Positions 38,568-50,050 of a DNA stretch of 51,520 nt are shown here, piece after piece (position 1 is the stretch's first letter; every line of letters begins with the position of its first letter). The notes beneath the pieces were generated by a model. It was not told the DNA's origin. It did no database searches and saw only the letters and a list, made by a program, of their open reading frames with translations. This stretch comes from Pseudomonadota bacterium. GTDB lineage: Bacteria > Desulfobacterota > Desulfobacteria > Desulfobacterales > JBDRRP01. Position numbers and translations under genes: made by a program. Location: the NCBI GenBank assembly GCA_043825735.1, contig JBDRRP010000015.1:62001-113520 (forward strand), in the 5' to 3' direction.

Positions 38568-38589
38568 GTTATGAGCATATGCCAACAAC
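38568..38589. promoter_or_regulatory. Candidate operator GTTATGA-GCATATGC-CAACAAC upstream of the CGGC gene
   Basis: Dyad with a perfect GCATATGC core and GTT/AAC flanks. Confidence 0.45.
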
Positions 38590-38694
38590 TATACCGACAT
38601 TCATCCACCGTCAAGAAAAAATACGAGAAAGGGGTATTGGCAGTCCTTTGCGCCCTAGCGTCTTTGCGCGAGAACAGGTTAAAAATTGCGCGGA

Positions 38695-38723
38695 TTGACA
38701 TTCTGAGACGTGTTCGTTATAAG
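38695..38723 (+). promoter_or_regulatory. Near-consensus sigma70 promoter
   Basis: TTGACA-N17-TATAAG. Confidence 0.55.
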
Positions 38724-38843
38724 AGCACAGCATAATCTGCACATCTATCCGGGCTACTAAGAAGAAATTTTTGGATTCCTGAGATCCCGGACTTTAGCCA
38801 TTGTCATAAATGCGTTCCGTTTGCTCAACACCTCCTGGCGGGC

Positions 38844-38924
38844 ATCGGAATCGCTATCGGTATCGGTATCGACCCTGGAAAACATCGCTTTCGATCCCGA
38901 TATCGATCCCGACCCCGATTCGAT
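38844..38924. repeat. Hexamer-periodic palindrome, second copy
   Basis: ATCGGA ATCGCT ATCGGT ATCGGT ATCGAC ... TTCGAT CCCGAT ATCGAT CCCGAC CCCGAT. Confidence 0.8.
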
Positions 38925-39107
38925 CTTGGGGATGAATCGGAACATTATTCTGACAAGGACTATAACATCTTCAAGAAAGAACAGCCTCGTTTGATCCACC
39001 TGCAAATATATTGACTATCAATGGGCCGTATGGGTTCTAAACATACGTGGTCCATAATGGAGAGCAGTTAAAATGCCGGCGCCAATCTTTACTAAGGAGG
39101 TCACAAA

Positions 39108-39275
39108 ATGAAAAAGTGGGCAATCGTACTCTTAGTGATGGCGATCATGGGGTTTTCTTTTGCTACGGTCAACGCAAGCAACAGTTCAGGGCCCGCCCCG
39201 AATTCAGGTGACGGCGTACCTGACGGCAGCGGATGGCCGGTACCGCCTGGCCCATTTGGCCCAGGGAGCGAGTAA
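39108..39275 (+). CDS. Secreted Gly/Pro-rich microprotein (55 aa)
   Basis: Below the ORF-track cutoff. TAAGGAGG RBS; MKKWAIVLLVMAIMGFSFATVNA signal peptide; mature part SNSSGPAPNSGDGVPDGSGWPVPPGPFGPGSE. Confidence 0.8.
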   Translation: MKKWAIVLLVMAIMGFSFATVNASNSSGPAPNSGDGVPDGSGWPVPPGPFGPGSE

Positions 39276-39279
39276 CGCT

Positions 39280-39894
39280 TCACTCCAGCATGCCCTCTTT
39301 TATGATAAAGGCGATGACCTCATCGATGCCGTCCCCTGTCTTCATGTTGGTGAAGAAAAACGGTTTGTCGCCCCGCATCCTCTTTGTGTCCGCTGCCATC
39401 ACGGGAAGCGACGCGCCCACCATCGGGGCGAGATCGATCTTGTTGATCACCAACAGATCGGATCGGGTTATGCCGGGTCCGCCTTTACGCGGGATCTTGT
39501 CGCCGGCAGCCACATCGATCACATAGATGAAAAGATCCGCGAGCTCCGGGCTGAAGGTGGCGCTTAAATTATCGCCGCCGCTTTCGACAAATATGCACGC
39601 CAGACCCGGAAACCGGTGGATCAGATCGGCAACGGCGGCCAGGTTCATGGAGGCATCCTCGCGGATGGCCGTATGGGGGCACCCCCCGGTCTCCACCCCC
39701 ATGATCCGCTCCGACGCCAGCGCCTGGTGACGGATCAGAAACTCGGCATCTTCCCGCGTATAAATGTCGTTGGTTACCACTGCGATATTGAACCCGTCGC
39801 GCATCCTGTGGCAAAGATGCGCCAAAAGCGCGGTCTTGCCTGAACCGACCGGACCGCCGATGCCGACTCTGAGGGGGGACTGTATTGTGGCCAT
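39280..39894 (-). CDS. ureG: Urease accessory GTPase
   Basis: [25 protein letters not shown]. Confidence 0.96.
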   Translation of the reverse strand: MATIQSPLRVGIGGPVGSGKTALLAHLCHRMRDGFNIAVVTNDIYTREDAEFLIRHQALASERIMGVETGGCPHTAIREDASMNLAAVADLIHRFPGLACIFVESGGDNLSATFSPELADLFIYVIDVAAGDKIPRKGGPGITRSDLLVINKIDLAPMVGASLPVMAADTKRMRGDKPFFFTNMKTGDGIDEVIAFIIKEGMLE

Positions 39895-39908
39895 GATGTG
39901 GTCCTCTC

Positions 39909-40586
39909 TTACGACCTGTAAAGTCTCGTATACTGCGATTCATGGCGGCTGCAGGCCACCGCCAGGGCGGGGCTTGAGGAACCGATGTCATTGTCCGCCA
40001 GCCGCAGGCCCTGCCCCACGGCCGTCATCACTGCGGGATCCAGCGCCATAAGGATTTGATGCCCCTGGGTCTGCCCCAAGGGGATTGTCTTGATGCCGGT
40101 GAGCACCTGGTTTTCCAGCCACGACCAAGCGTATCCCGGCGCCGCCTCGGATAGTGGAATATTCCAGCGAGCCGCCGCCATGGCAAACCCGGCCAGTTGC
40201 GAGCGTTCGATAATGCCTTTTTCGGTCATTGAAAAGGATATCTGCAGGCCTTCCAGCAGTGTGGCCATGGCCCGGCCGCGATTTTGCTCTTCCAACCGCA
40301 GTTCGCTCGATTCCCTCATGGCCATCAGCAGATCGCACCAGCGGGCAAACGCGCTTTCCTCCTGCGCCAGGCAGGCCGTATACATGCGGCGCAAAATGGG
40401 GATATCCACACGCGCCAGGCCATGATGGATCAGATCGGCCAGCCACGCCTGAAGGCTGGGAGCGTCTTGAACCCATCCTTTGGCGATGGCCCATTCAAGC
40501 CCCTGGGAATAGGCGAACGCTCCGGTGGGCAATGACGGGCTGACCAGGTGCAGCAGCCGCAGCAACGGTCCACGGCGTTCACCCAT
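39909..40586 (-). CDS. ureF: Urease accessory protein
   Basis: [21 protein letters not shown]-terminal [11 protein letters not shown]. Confidence 0.95.
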   Translation of the reverse strand: MGERRGPLLRLLHLVSPSLPTGAFAYSQGLEWAIAKGWVQDAPSLQAWLADLIHHGLARVDIPILRRMYTACLAQEESAFARWCDLLMAMRESSELRLEEQNRGRAMATLLEGLQISFSMTEKGIIERSQLAGFAMAAARWNIPLSEAAPGYAWSWLENQVLTGIKTIPLGQTQGHQILMALDPAVMTAVGQGLRLADNDIGSSSPALAVACSRHESQYTRLYRS

Positions 40587-41019
40587 GATGATGCCCATTG
40601 CCGGCGTAGGCGCCGACCTCAGGTTCAAACGGCGCCAGATCGTGGTGGATCTCAAGGCCCATCCCCCGGATCATTTCATCGAAGATCGGGTCCTCAAGAT
40701 AGCGTATCCTGCCGGGTGAGATCTCCAGGGACGTATGCCGGTTTCCCAGATGATAGCACGCGCGGGCCATCAGCAGAGCGTCGTCGCTGGCAATGGTGGA
40801 CAGCGGTTCGCGGGCAGCAAGTACCTGGACCACATAGCCATCCTCCGTGGTCAGCAGGTCCTGTGAACGCATAATGGTGCCCCGTTCCAGAAAAATTCCG
40901 GCCTCCTTGCCATTATCGAGAACGACCCGAAGCCGGCTCCGGGTCCGTTGTTCCCAGGGCAAGGTCAGCGTGGTCGCAGGCGCCTGCGGTGCGTTCTGTG
41001 TGCGGGTCAATCGGATCAT
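40579..41019 (-). CDS. ureE: Urease nickel chaperone
   Basis: ACYHLGNRH, PFEPEVGAY, short His tail. Confidence 0.94.
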   Translation of the reverse strand: MIRLTRTQNAPQAPATTLTLPWEQRTRSRLRVVLDNGKEAGIFLERGTIMRSQDLLTTEDGYVVQVLAAREPLSTIASDDALLMARACYHLGNRHTSLEISPGRIRYLEDPIFDEMIRGMGLEIHHDLAPFEPEVGAYAGNGHHHG

Positions 41020-41053
41020 GGGGCAATTCGTCCATTCATTCCGTGGATGGTGA

Positions 41054-42753
<1,700 letters not shown>

Positions 42754-42757
<4 letters not shown>

Positions 42758-43071
42758 GCGCCCGCCTCCAGATCGCCCATAATCTGTCCATTAAAACCGA
42801 ATACCCGCCGCCGGCCGGCATATGCCACCAGGGTCACTTCCCGGCGTTGCCCAGGTTCAAATCGAACCGCGGTCCCGGCCGGGATATCCAGACGAAACCC
42901 GATGGTCTGCCGGCGATCGAAGGACAGCGCCGCATTGGTTTCGTAAAAGTGGTAATGGGAGCCGACCTGTATGGGGCGATCACCGGTATTGACGACGGTC
43001 ATCTGGATGGTCGGACGCCCGGCGTTGATGGTAATTTCCCCATCCAGGGGAATGACTTCTCCAGGAATCAT
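42754..43071 (-). CDS. ureB: Urease beta subunit
   Basis: [23 protein letters not shown]. Confidence 0.97.
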
Positions 43072-43083
43072 GTCGCATTCTCC

Positions 43084-43386
43084 TTAAATGATCGGGGTGT
43101 GCACCGTGACCAGCTTGGTGCCATCCGGAAAAGTGGCTTCCACCTGAACCTCATCGATCATCTCGGCAACGCCGTCCATGACGTCATCGCGGCTCAATAC
43201 GGTGCATCCGGTGGCCATCAGTTCGGCCACTGATTTGCCGTCGCGGGCGCCCTCCATGATTTCGGCGCTGATGAGGGCGACCGCTTCCGGGTAGTTCAGC
43301 TTAAGACCGCGGCGCTTGCGCCGCTCAGCGACGAGCGCGGCAGTGAACAGCAGCAGTTTATCTTTTTCTCTGGGAGTCAGTTCCAT
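43084..43386 (-). CDS. ureA: Urease gamma subunit
   Basis: [31 protein letters not shown]. Confidence 0.97.
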   Translation of the reverse strand: MELTPREKDKLLLFTAALVAERRKRRGLKLNYPEAVALISAEIMEGARDGKSVAELMATGCTVLSRDDVMDGVAEMIDEVQVEATFPDGTKLVTVHTPII

Positions 43387-43445
43387 GAGTGAACCTCCAT
43401 TGGGGTCTTTCAGATTTCAGCGTGAAAGTTGTTTACCATGATGTT

Positions 43446-44288
43446 CTATGTTGCCCATATCCTCGGCGCACACGCCTTTCTGCCGGTCACAGACGGCCGG
43501 ATACAGGTCCAAAAGGCCTGAAACAGGGTCTTTGCTTCTGACGATGCATCGCCGAGGTATCGTGCCACCAGCAGGTCGTCCATCAGCGTGACGCCGGCAA
43601 GCATTGCCGGTTCGGCGTCCAGAATCTGCCGCAAGGGTGCCAGCATGTCCGCGCTGCAACCGGTGGCGGCAAAGGTGGCGCTCACCGATGCGCCGCGCAT
43701 ACCGGCGGGACGGTGAAGGTCCGCTTCCCCCCGGATCATGAGGCGATCCTTAAACAGGGGGCGGCCATCCCGGCAGATTTCAAAGGATGTCTCCAGAAGG
43801 CCGGAGGAGAAAGGCGCTTTGCACGCCGGCAGCCCGATGCAAAACAACTCCCAACCGATAAAAGCGGCGCCGCTGTCAAGACTCACCCGCGTAGTGCTGT
43901 TTACTTTTGCACCCGGGAAGACAATGTTTTCCTGGGGAAACCATTCGAGGCCGCCGTTTGCGTCAACGGCAAACCGGTTTTCCTGAATGGCGGTTGCGCC
44001 GCCGCTGCGGTAGAACTTGGTGGCGCCGGGTGTCGTGATCAGGGCGGCGGCCCCCGGTCTCACATCGGCATGGATCTCCAGCAGGTCGCCACCCACTACG
44101 CCGCCGGGCGGATGCAGGATGCAGGCATGGCAGACCGCGGGTTCAGGATACAACGGCCGCTGCACGCGCAAGGGACCGCTGTGACGATTGTTGCGAAGCA
44201 CGGTCACATCCCGGCCCATCGCAAATTCCAGCTCCAGCCGGGCAACCCAGCCCGGATGATGATCCGCTTGCAGCAGCGCCTCTGCCAT
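43446..44288 (-). CDS. ureD: Urease accessory protein
   Basis: GPLRVQRPLYPE, HPPGGVVGGD, TTPGATKFYRS, PRIWAT. Confidence 0.95.
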   Translation of the reverse strand: MAEALLQADHHPGWVARLELEFAMGRDVTVLRNNRHSGPLRVQRPLYPEPAVCHACILHPPGGVVGGDLLEIHADVRPGAAALITTPGATKFYRSGGATAIQENRFAVDANGGLEWFPQENIVFPGAKVNSTTRVSLDSGAAFIGWELFCIGLPACKAPFSSGLLETSFEICRDGRPLFKDRLMIRGEADLHRPAGMRGASVSATFAATGCSADMLAPLRQILDAEPAMLAGVTLMDDLLVARYLGDASSEAKTLFQAFWTCIRPSVTGRKACAPRIWAT

Positions 44289-44290
44289 TG

Positions 44291-44986
44291 TCACACCGTC
44301 AGGTATTGCTGTATCAGGTGGTCGTCGAGCTTTTCGATGCGCTCGCTGATCATTACCCGCCCCCGGTCCAGGATGACGAATCGATCCGCCACGGATTTGG
44401 TAAAATTCAGCTTCTGCTCCACCAGAAGCACCGTCATCTCCAACTGCGTACACAATCGATGAATGATCGCGCCGATTTCCTTGACGATGTTGGGCTGAAT
44501 GCCTTCGGTCGGCTCGTCGAGAATCAGAAAACTCGGCTGCAACACCAGCGCCCGACCAATGGCCAGTTGCTGCTGCTGGCCACCGGAAAGATCGCCCCCG
44601 AGCCGGCCGAGCATTTCTTTGAGGACCGGGAACAGATCGAACACAAGATCGGGTATCTTCTTCAATTTCTGCCTGCCGGTCGTCAATCCGATGCTCAAGT
44701 TCTCCTCAACGGTGAGCAGAGGGAATATCTGCCTGCCCTGGGGCACATAACCGACACCCATTTTCGCCCGGAAATCTGCGGACACAGTTGTAATATCGCG
44801 GCTGTCAAAAAGGATGCGGCCGGAGCTTACCGCCAGCAGCCCCATGATGCAGCCCAGCAGGGTCGTCTTGCCGACACCGTTTCGGCCCATCAAACAGGTG
44901 CATCGGCCTTTGGGTATTTCCAGGTCGATATCCCATAAGGTATGGCTCTCACCATAATGCTGGTTCAGTTTCTCAAGGCAGAGCAT
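44291..44986 (-). CDS. urtE: Urea ABC transporter ATPase
   Basis: GRNGVGKT, LSGGQQQQLAIGRAL, DEPTEGIQP. Confidence 0.94.
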   Translation of the reverse strand: MLCLEKLNQHYGESHTLWDIDLEIPKGRCTCLMGRNGVGKTTLLGCIMGLLAVSSGRILFDSRDITTVSADFRAKMGVGYVPQGRQIFPLLTVEENLSIGLTTGRQKLKKIPDLVFDLFPVLKEMLGRLGGDLSGGQQQQLAIGRALVLQPSFLILDEPTEGIQPNIVKEIGAIIHRLCTQLEMTVLLVEQKLNFTKSVADRFVILDRGRVMISERIEKLDDHLIQQYLTV

Positions 44987-45819
44987 TTTTCTTCTCCGAG
45001 ATAGACCTCGACGACGTCCTGGTTGTTTTGCACCTCGTCCATGTTACCTTCCGCCAGAACGCTGCCCTGATGCAATACGGTCACCTTCCTGGCGATGGAT
45101 CGCACAAAATCCATATCGTGCTCAACGACCACCACGCTCCGCGTGCCGGCCAGCGAAGTGAGCAGCTCGGCGGTGCGCTCGGCCTCCTGCTGGGTCATGC
45201 CGGCCACCGGTTCGTCTACGAGCAGCAGCCTGGGGTTTTGCATGAGCAGCATGCCGATTTCCAGCCACTGCTTCTGCCCGTGGGACAGGGATCCGGCCCG
45301 CGCCGAGATCTTGTCCTTCAATCCGATCGTTTTTGAGACCGCCTCGATGTTGTCCTGCTGGGCCGAACTGAGCGTTGCGGCCAGGGTGGACCAGACCTTT
45401 TTGCCGCCGGCCATGGCAAGCTCCAGGTTGTCATGAACACTGTGATTTTCAAATACGGTGGGCTTCTGGAATTTTCGCCCGATGCCGGCCCTGGCGATTT
45501 CAGGTTCACTCATGTTGAGCAGGTTGATCTGCTGCCCGAACCAGGCCGATCCGCTGTCCGGCCGGGTCTTACCGGTGATGATGTCCATAATGGTGGTTTT
45601 GCCGGCCCCGTTGGGACCGATGATGCAGCGCAGTTCGCCGTCTCCGATGTACAGATTCAGATCATTGACGGCTTTGAATCCACCAAAGCTGACCGTGATC
45701 CCTTCGAGGTAGAGAATCACGCCATGGGTCAGATCAAGATCGGGCGGCATATCAGGGACTAGAAAATCAAACACCCGGTCCCTGGCCCAGAAGGCAGGTT
45801 TTTTTCCAACTGACGTCAT
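44965..45819 (-). CDS. urtD: Urea ABC transporter ATPase
   Basis: GPNGAGKT, GRKFQKP, LSHGQKQWLEIGM. Confidence 0.94.
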   Translation of the reverse strand: MTSVGKKPAFWARDRVFDFLVPDMPPDLDLTHGVILYLEGITVSFGGFKAVNDLNLYIGDGELRCIIGPNGAGKTTIMDIITGKTRPDSGSAWFGQQINLLNMSEPEIARAGIGRKFQKPTVFENHSVHDNLELAMAGGKKVWSTLAATLSSAQQDNIEAVSKTIGLKDKISARAGSLSHGQKQWLEIGMLLMQNPRLLLVDEPVAGMTQQEAERTAELLTSLAGTRSVVVVEHDMDFVRSIARKVTVLHQGSVLAEGNMDEVQNNQDVVEVYLGEEKCSALRN

Positions 45820-46922
45820 GGCTCGGTATGAATCCTTTTGATAACCCGTTTATGAAACACGCCGGCAACGCCGTGGGGCAGAAAGACCGTTACCAGAATA
45901 AACATCGCCCCCAGTCCAAACAACCAGGCATCGGGGAATGCCGCGGTAAGATAGCTCTTGGCATAATTGATGATCACAGCACCGAGCACCGCGCCGTACA
46001 AAGTGCCCCTGCCGCCCACCGCCACCCAGATCACGATCTCTATGGAAGCCAGCGGGGAAAATTCAGACGGATTGATGATGCCCACCTGCGGCACGTAAAG
46101 CGCCCCGGCGATACCGGAAAGAATGGCTGAAAACGTGAAGACCCAAAGTTTGGCGTCTTCCACGCGGTATCCGATAAAGCGCGCCCGGTCCTCCTGATCC
46201 CGGATGGCGGTACACAGCTTCCCGAGCCGGGAATGCGTGATGAAGCGGCAGCTCAGATAGCCGAGCGACAGGGCGATGGCCGAGGCCACGAAGAGCGCTG
46301 CGCGGGTGGCATCCGACTGCAGATTGAATCCCAGGATATCTTTGAAATCGGTTAGACCGTTGTTGCCGCCAAATCCCATGTCGTTACGGAAAAAGGAGAG
46401 CATCAGTGCGTAGGTCAATGCCTGCGTCATAATCGAGAGGTAAACGCCGGTGACCCTGGAGCGAAACGCGAACCATCCGAATACGACGGCAAGCACGCCC
46501 GGCACCGCGACCACCATGAGCATGGCAAACCAGAACCAGTTGAAGCCGTGCCAGAACCACGGCAGTGCCGGCCAGTTGAGAAACACCATGAAATCGGGCA
46601 GCAGCGGATTCCCGTAGACCCCTCGGGACCCGATCTGGCGCATCAGATACATACCCATGGCATATCCGCCCAAGGCAAAAAATGCACCGTGCCCGAGACT
46701 CAGGATGCCCAGGTACCCCCAGGCCATGTCCACCGCCATGGCCAGCAGTGCGTAGCAGAGATATTTGCCCACCAGGGTCATGGTATAGGTGGAGACATGC
46801 AGGGGGTTCCCATCGCCGAGCGCCAAGTTGAGGAGCGGAACCAATACGGCGGCGATCGCCAGGCTGCCCAGCAGAAATGATCCGGCCCGATCTTCGTGGA
46901 ACATCTTTGGAAAGCGCATCAT
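45816..46922 (-). CDS. urtC: Urea ABC transporter permease
   Basis: WGYLGILSLGH, LPDFM, GGNNGLTDF, YVPQVGIINP. Confidence 0.94.
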   Translation of the reverse strand: MMRFPKMFHEDRAGSFLLGSLAIAAVLVPLLNLALGDGNPLHVSTYTMTLVGKYLCYALLAMAVDMAWGYLGILSLGHGAFFALGGYAMGMYLMRQIGSRGVYGNPLLPDFMVFLNWPALPWFWHGFNWFWFAMLMVVAVPGVLAVVFGWFAFRSRVTGVYLSIMTQALTYALMLSFFRNDMGFGGNNGLTDFKDILGFNLQSDATRAALFVASAIALSLGYLSCRFITHSRLGKLCTAIRDQEDRARFIGYRVEDAKLWVFTFSAILSGIAGALYVPQVGIINPSEFSPLASIEIVIWVAVGGRGTLYGAVLGAVIINYAKSYLTAAFPDAWLFGLGAMFILVTVFLPHGVAGVFHKRVIKRIHTEP

Positions 46923-46925
46923 GGA

Positions 46926-48578
46926 TCATCCCCCCGTTGCAGCCCGGCCTTTTTGGGGGAATAGTCCCTGAGGCCGCTTTTGAATAAATATAATGATGAA
47001 AACGAGGATCAGTATTTTTGCCATCACCGCGCCGGTCCACGGCTCTAGGAATTTGTTGGTCACCCCCAGCGTCAGGCCGCCGAGCAGTGTGCCCCAGAGA
47101 TTTCCGACACCGCCGAAGACAACCACCATGAAGGCATCGACGATATATGCCTGCCCGAGATTGGGGCCCACATTGGTCAATTGGGACAGGGCCACCCCGG
47201 CGATACCGGCGATGCCGGAGCCCAGACCGAATGTCAATGCATCCACGCGGGCAGCTCTCACGCCCATGGCGCGCGCCATGGGACGATTTTGCGATACGGC
47301 CCTGACCTGCAACCCGATGGCACTTTTTTTCAGCAGCAGCGTGAGACCGGCAAAAACGATCAACGAGAAGACAAGAATCACCACCCTGTTTGTGGTCAGC
47401 GACAGCACCGCATTGAGATGAATGGACCCGCTCATCCATGCCGGCGTGGCGACGCTTCGGTTCAACGGCGAGAAGACGGAACGTACGGCCTGCTGCAAAA
47501 TCAGGCTGATACCGAAGGTGGCCAGCAGGGTCTCCAAAGGACGGCCGTAAAGGAAGCGGATAATCGTCCGCTCGATGATGATACCGGCCAGCCCGGATAC
47601 CACAAAGGCCAACGGGATCGACAGGAAAAGCGCTGAACCGATGGCATTCGGCATCAACTGCTGAAGCACATACGTCGTATAGGCACCGAGCATGATCAAC
47701 TCACCGTGGGCCATGTTGATCACGCCGATCACGCCAAACGTAATGGATAGTCCGATGGCCGCAAGCACCAGAACCGAACCCAGGCTCAGACCGAAAAAGA
47801 AAGTCTCGAAAAAACCGAGAACGGCAATGCGGGTTTCAATCCCATCCAACACGGTTTTGGCTGCCGCGCGGACATCGGCATCCGGTTCTTTACCCGCCAA
47901 GGGGATCAACTCATTGCGAACGGCTGGATTGAGGTTGCCGGACATCTGTTTTATGGCGTCAAGCCGCGTCGCCTTGGGCAGTGCCTGCCCCCCGCGCAGA
48001 ACGGCCACGGCGACCGCTGTGGTTAAGGCTTCTTTGACTTCCGGATCGGTTTCAGCAGCGAGCAGTCCAGCCCACGCCGCCTTCGATTCCAGCGTAATGG
48101 TGCTGAGCATTTTGTTGATCGCCGCCACCCGGACTTTAGGGTCCGGATGGGTGAGGCGCATCCGGTCAAGGGCGCTCTTGAGCGCTGCCCGCATGCTATT
48201 GTTGATGGCGATTTTCTTAAGCTTGCGTTTTCCCACGACACCCAGATCTTCACCCGTCAGCGCGGATCGAATGGCGAAGGCATCATTTTCCGGCCGGGCA
48301 TAGACAAGTGTTTGATGCTGCTTGCTCAATAGAAGATCACCCGACAGCAACGCTTCCAAAATCGACTCGGCGCGCGCGTCGCCGCTACCGGCCAATCGTT
48401 CGATCCCTGCTGCCGTTTGTGAAAAACTTTCTTCCATCAATAAGGCGATACCCTCATTAAAAGCGGTTTCTTCCCCCGTAGCGGCAAGACATCGCGCACA
48501 TGGGGCGCACGCCAATAGTGCAACCATGACCAATGGAACGAGCGCAGTTCTATTCAGCAAAGCGGTCAGTAGAAACAT
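46926..48578 (-). CDS. urtB: Urea ABC transporter permease with N-terminal HEAT-like domain
   Basis: TFGVIGVINMAHGE, RPLETLLATFG, QKRPQGLF; start approximate. Confidence 0.92.
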   Translation of the reverse strand: MFLLTALLNRTALVPLVMVALLACAPCARCLAATGEETAFNEGIALLMEESFSQTAAGIERLAGSGDARAESILEALLSGDLLLSKQHQTLVYARPENDAFAIRSALTGEDLGVVGKRKLKKIAINNSMRAALKSALDRMRLTHPDPKVRVAAINKMLSTITLESKAAWAGLLAAETDPEVKEALTTAVAVAVLRGGQALPKATRLDAIKQMSGNLNPAVRNELIPLAGKEPDADVRAAAKTVLDGIETRIAVLGFFETFFFGLSLGSVLVLAAIGLSITFGVIGVINMAHGELIMLGAYTTYVLQQLMPNAIGSALFLSIPLAFVVSGLAGIIIERTIIRFLYGRPLETLLATFGISLILQQAVRSVFSPLNRSVATPAWMSGSIHLNAVLSLTTNRVVILVFSLIVFAGLTLLLKKSAIGLQVRAVSQNRPMARAMGVRAARVDALTFGLGSGIAGIAGVALSQLTNVGPNLGQAYIVDAFMVVVFGGVGNLWGTLLGGLTLGVTNKFLEPWTGAVMAKILILVFIIIFIQKRPQGLFPQKGRAATGG

Positions 48579-48617
48579 GGATGCCTTTATATCTTTCGAT
48601 CCAGCGAGGGAATGGAT

Positions 48618-48649
48618 CCGGCAACCGGCCGGTATCGCCCGGTTGCCGG
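48618..48649 (-). terminator. Intercistronic hairpin after urtA (stabiliser or attenuator)
   Basis: CCGGCAACCGG-N10-CCGGTTGCCGG perfect 11-bp stem. Confidence 0.65.
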
Positions 48650-48658
48650 CGGGTTTAA

Positions 48659-49942
48659 TTACTTGCCGGAGCATTTCCCGGTTTTGACGTTAAAGTTCCC
48701 ACACGACAACGGCGCGCGCCAGTCGGCAATGAGATCCTTTGAGCCTTCAAGGTAATCGGACCAGGCGTCTCCGACCACAAGCCCCTTGGTCTGCCAGACG
48801 GTCTGGAACTGACCGTCATCCTGAATTTCGCCGATGAGCACCGGTTTGGTAATATGGTGATTGGGCATCATCGCGGAATAGCCGCCGGAGAGATTCGGCA
48901 CCGCGATGCCGATGATCGCCTCCTGGACAGCGGTCGGATCGGTCGTGCCCGCCTTCTCTACGGCTTTGACCCACATGTTGAAGCCGATATAGTGCGCTTC
49001 CATGGGGTCATTGGTCACCCGCTTTTCGTTTTTGATAAACTTGTGCCAGGCTTCGATGAACGCATCGTTGGTCTCGGTATCCACACTCATGAAATAGTTC
49101 CACGCCGCCAGGTGACCGACCAGGGGTTTGGTGTCGATCCCTGAGAGTTCTTCTTCTCCGACGGAAAAGGCGACCACGGGTATCGATTCGGCCGTCACGC
49201 CCTGATTGCCAAGCTCTTTATAGAACGGGACATTGGCATCTCCGTTAATGGTGGACACAACAGCCGTCTTCTTGCCGGCTGTGCCGAATTTCTTGATATC
49301 AGAAACAATGGACTGCCAATCCGAATGCCCAAAGGGGGTATAATTGATCATGATGTCTTTATCGGCGACGCCCTTGGACTTGAGGTATGCTTCAAGAATC
49401 TTGTTGGTGGTCCGCGGATAGACATAGTCGGTGCCGGCCAGAACCCATCGTTTGACGCCCACGGTGTTCATGAGATAATCCACGGCGGGAATGGCCTGCT
49501 GGTTCGGGGCGGCACCGGTGTAAAAGACATTTTTTGACGACTCTTCGCCTTCATACTGAACCGGGTAAAAAAGCAGGTTGTTCAGCTCTTCGAAGACAGG
49601 CAGAACCGATTTCCGTGAAACAGACGTCCAGCATCCAAACACCGCCGCCACTTTCTGCTTTTGGATCAATTCCCGGGCTTTTTCAGCAAACAATGGCCAG
49701 TTGGAAGCCGGATCGACCACCACCGCCTCGAGTTTCTTACCCAAGAGCCCGCCTTTTTTATTCTGCTCATCGATCAGCATCAGCATGGTATCCTTGAGCG
49801 TTGTTTCGCTGATCGCCATGGTTCCCGACAGTGAATGAAGCACTCCGACTTTGATGGTTTCCTTTGCCGCCGCATTTCCGTACAACAGGCAGCAGGCCAG
49901 CGGAACGAGTAGACTCCTGAGGACAATTCGACGCACGTTCAT
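48659..49942 (-). CDS. urtA: Urea ABC transporter substrate-binding protein
   Basis: KVGVLHSLSGTMAISE, GCWTSVSRK, YPVQYEG, GAAPNQQ, DYVYPR. Confidence 0.95.
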   Translation of the reverse strand: MNVRRIVLRSLLVPLACCLLYGNAAAKETIKVGVLHSLSGTMAISETTLKDTMLMLIDEQNKKGGLLGKKLEAVVVDPASNWPLFAEKARELIQKQKVAAVFGCWTSVSRKSVLPVFEELNNLLFYPVQYEGEESSKNVFYTGAAPNQQAIPAVDYLMNTVGVKRWVLAGTDYVYPRTTNKILEAYLKSKGVADKDIMINYTPFGHSDWQSIVSDIKKFGTAGKKTAVVSTINGDANVPFYKELGNQGVTAESIPVVAFSVGEEELSGIDTKPLVGHLAAWNYFMSVDTETNDAFIEAWHKFIKNEKRVTNDPMEAHYIGFNMWVKAVEKAGTTDPTAVQEAIIGIAVPNLSGGYSAMMPNHHITKPVLIGEIQDDGQFQTVWQTKGLVVGDAWSDYLEGSKDLIADWRAPLSCGNFNVKTGKCSGK

Positions 49943-50034
49943 GTTGGTTCCTTTCTCGGTTTTCAGTTGGATGGTGTCGATGCACCAGCGGCTGTTATCG
50001 GCCCTGGCCATCAGCCTGGTGTAATGCCGAGATG

Positions 50035-50050
50035 AGCATTAAGCATGCCA
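50035..50050 (-). promoter_or_regulatory. sigma54 promoter of the urt-ure operon
   Basis: Minus strand TGGCAT-GCTTA-ATGCT with GG-N10-GC spacing, about 90 nt above the urtA start. Confidence 0.7.

Noticed and set aside
38740..38830. Possible c-di-GMP riboswitch upstream of the CGGC gene
   Set aside because: GCAAAC is present but the GNRA loop, receptor and P1 pairing were not found.
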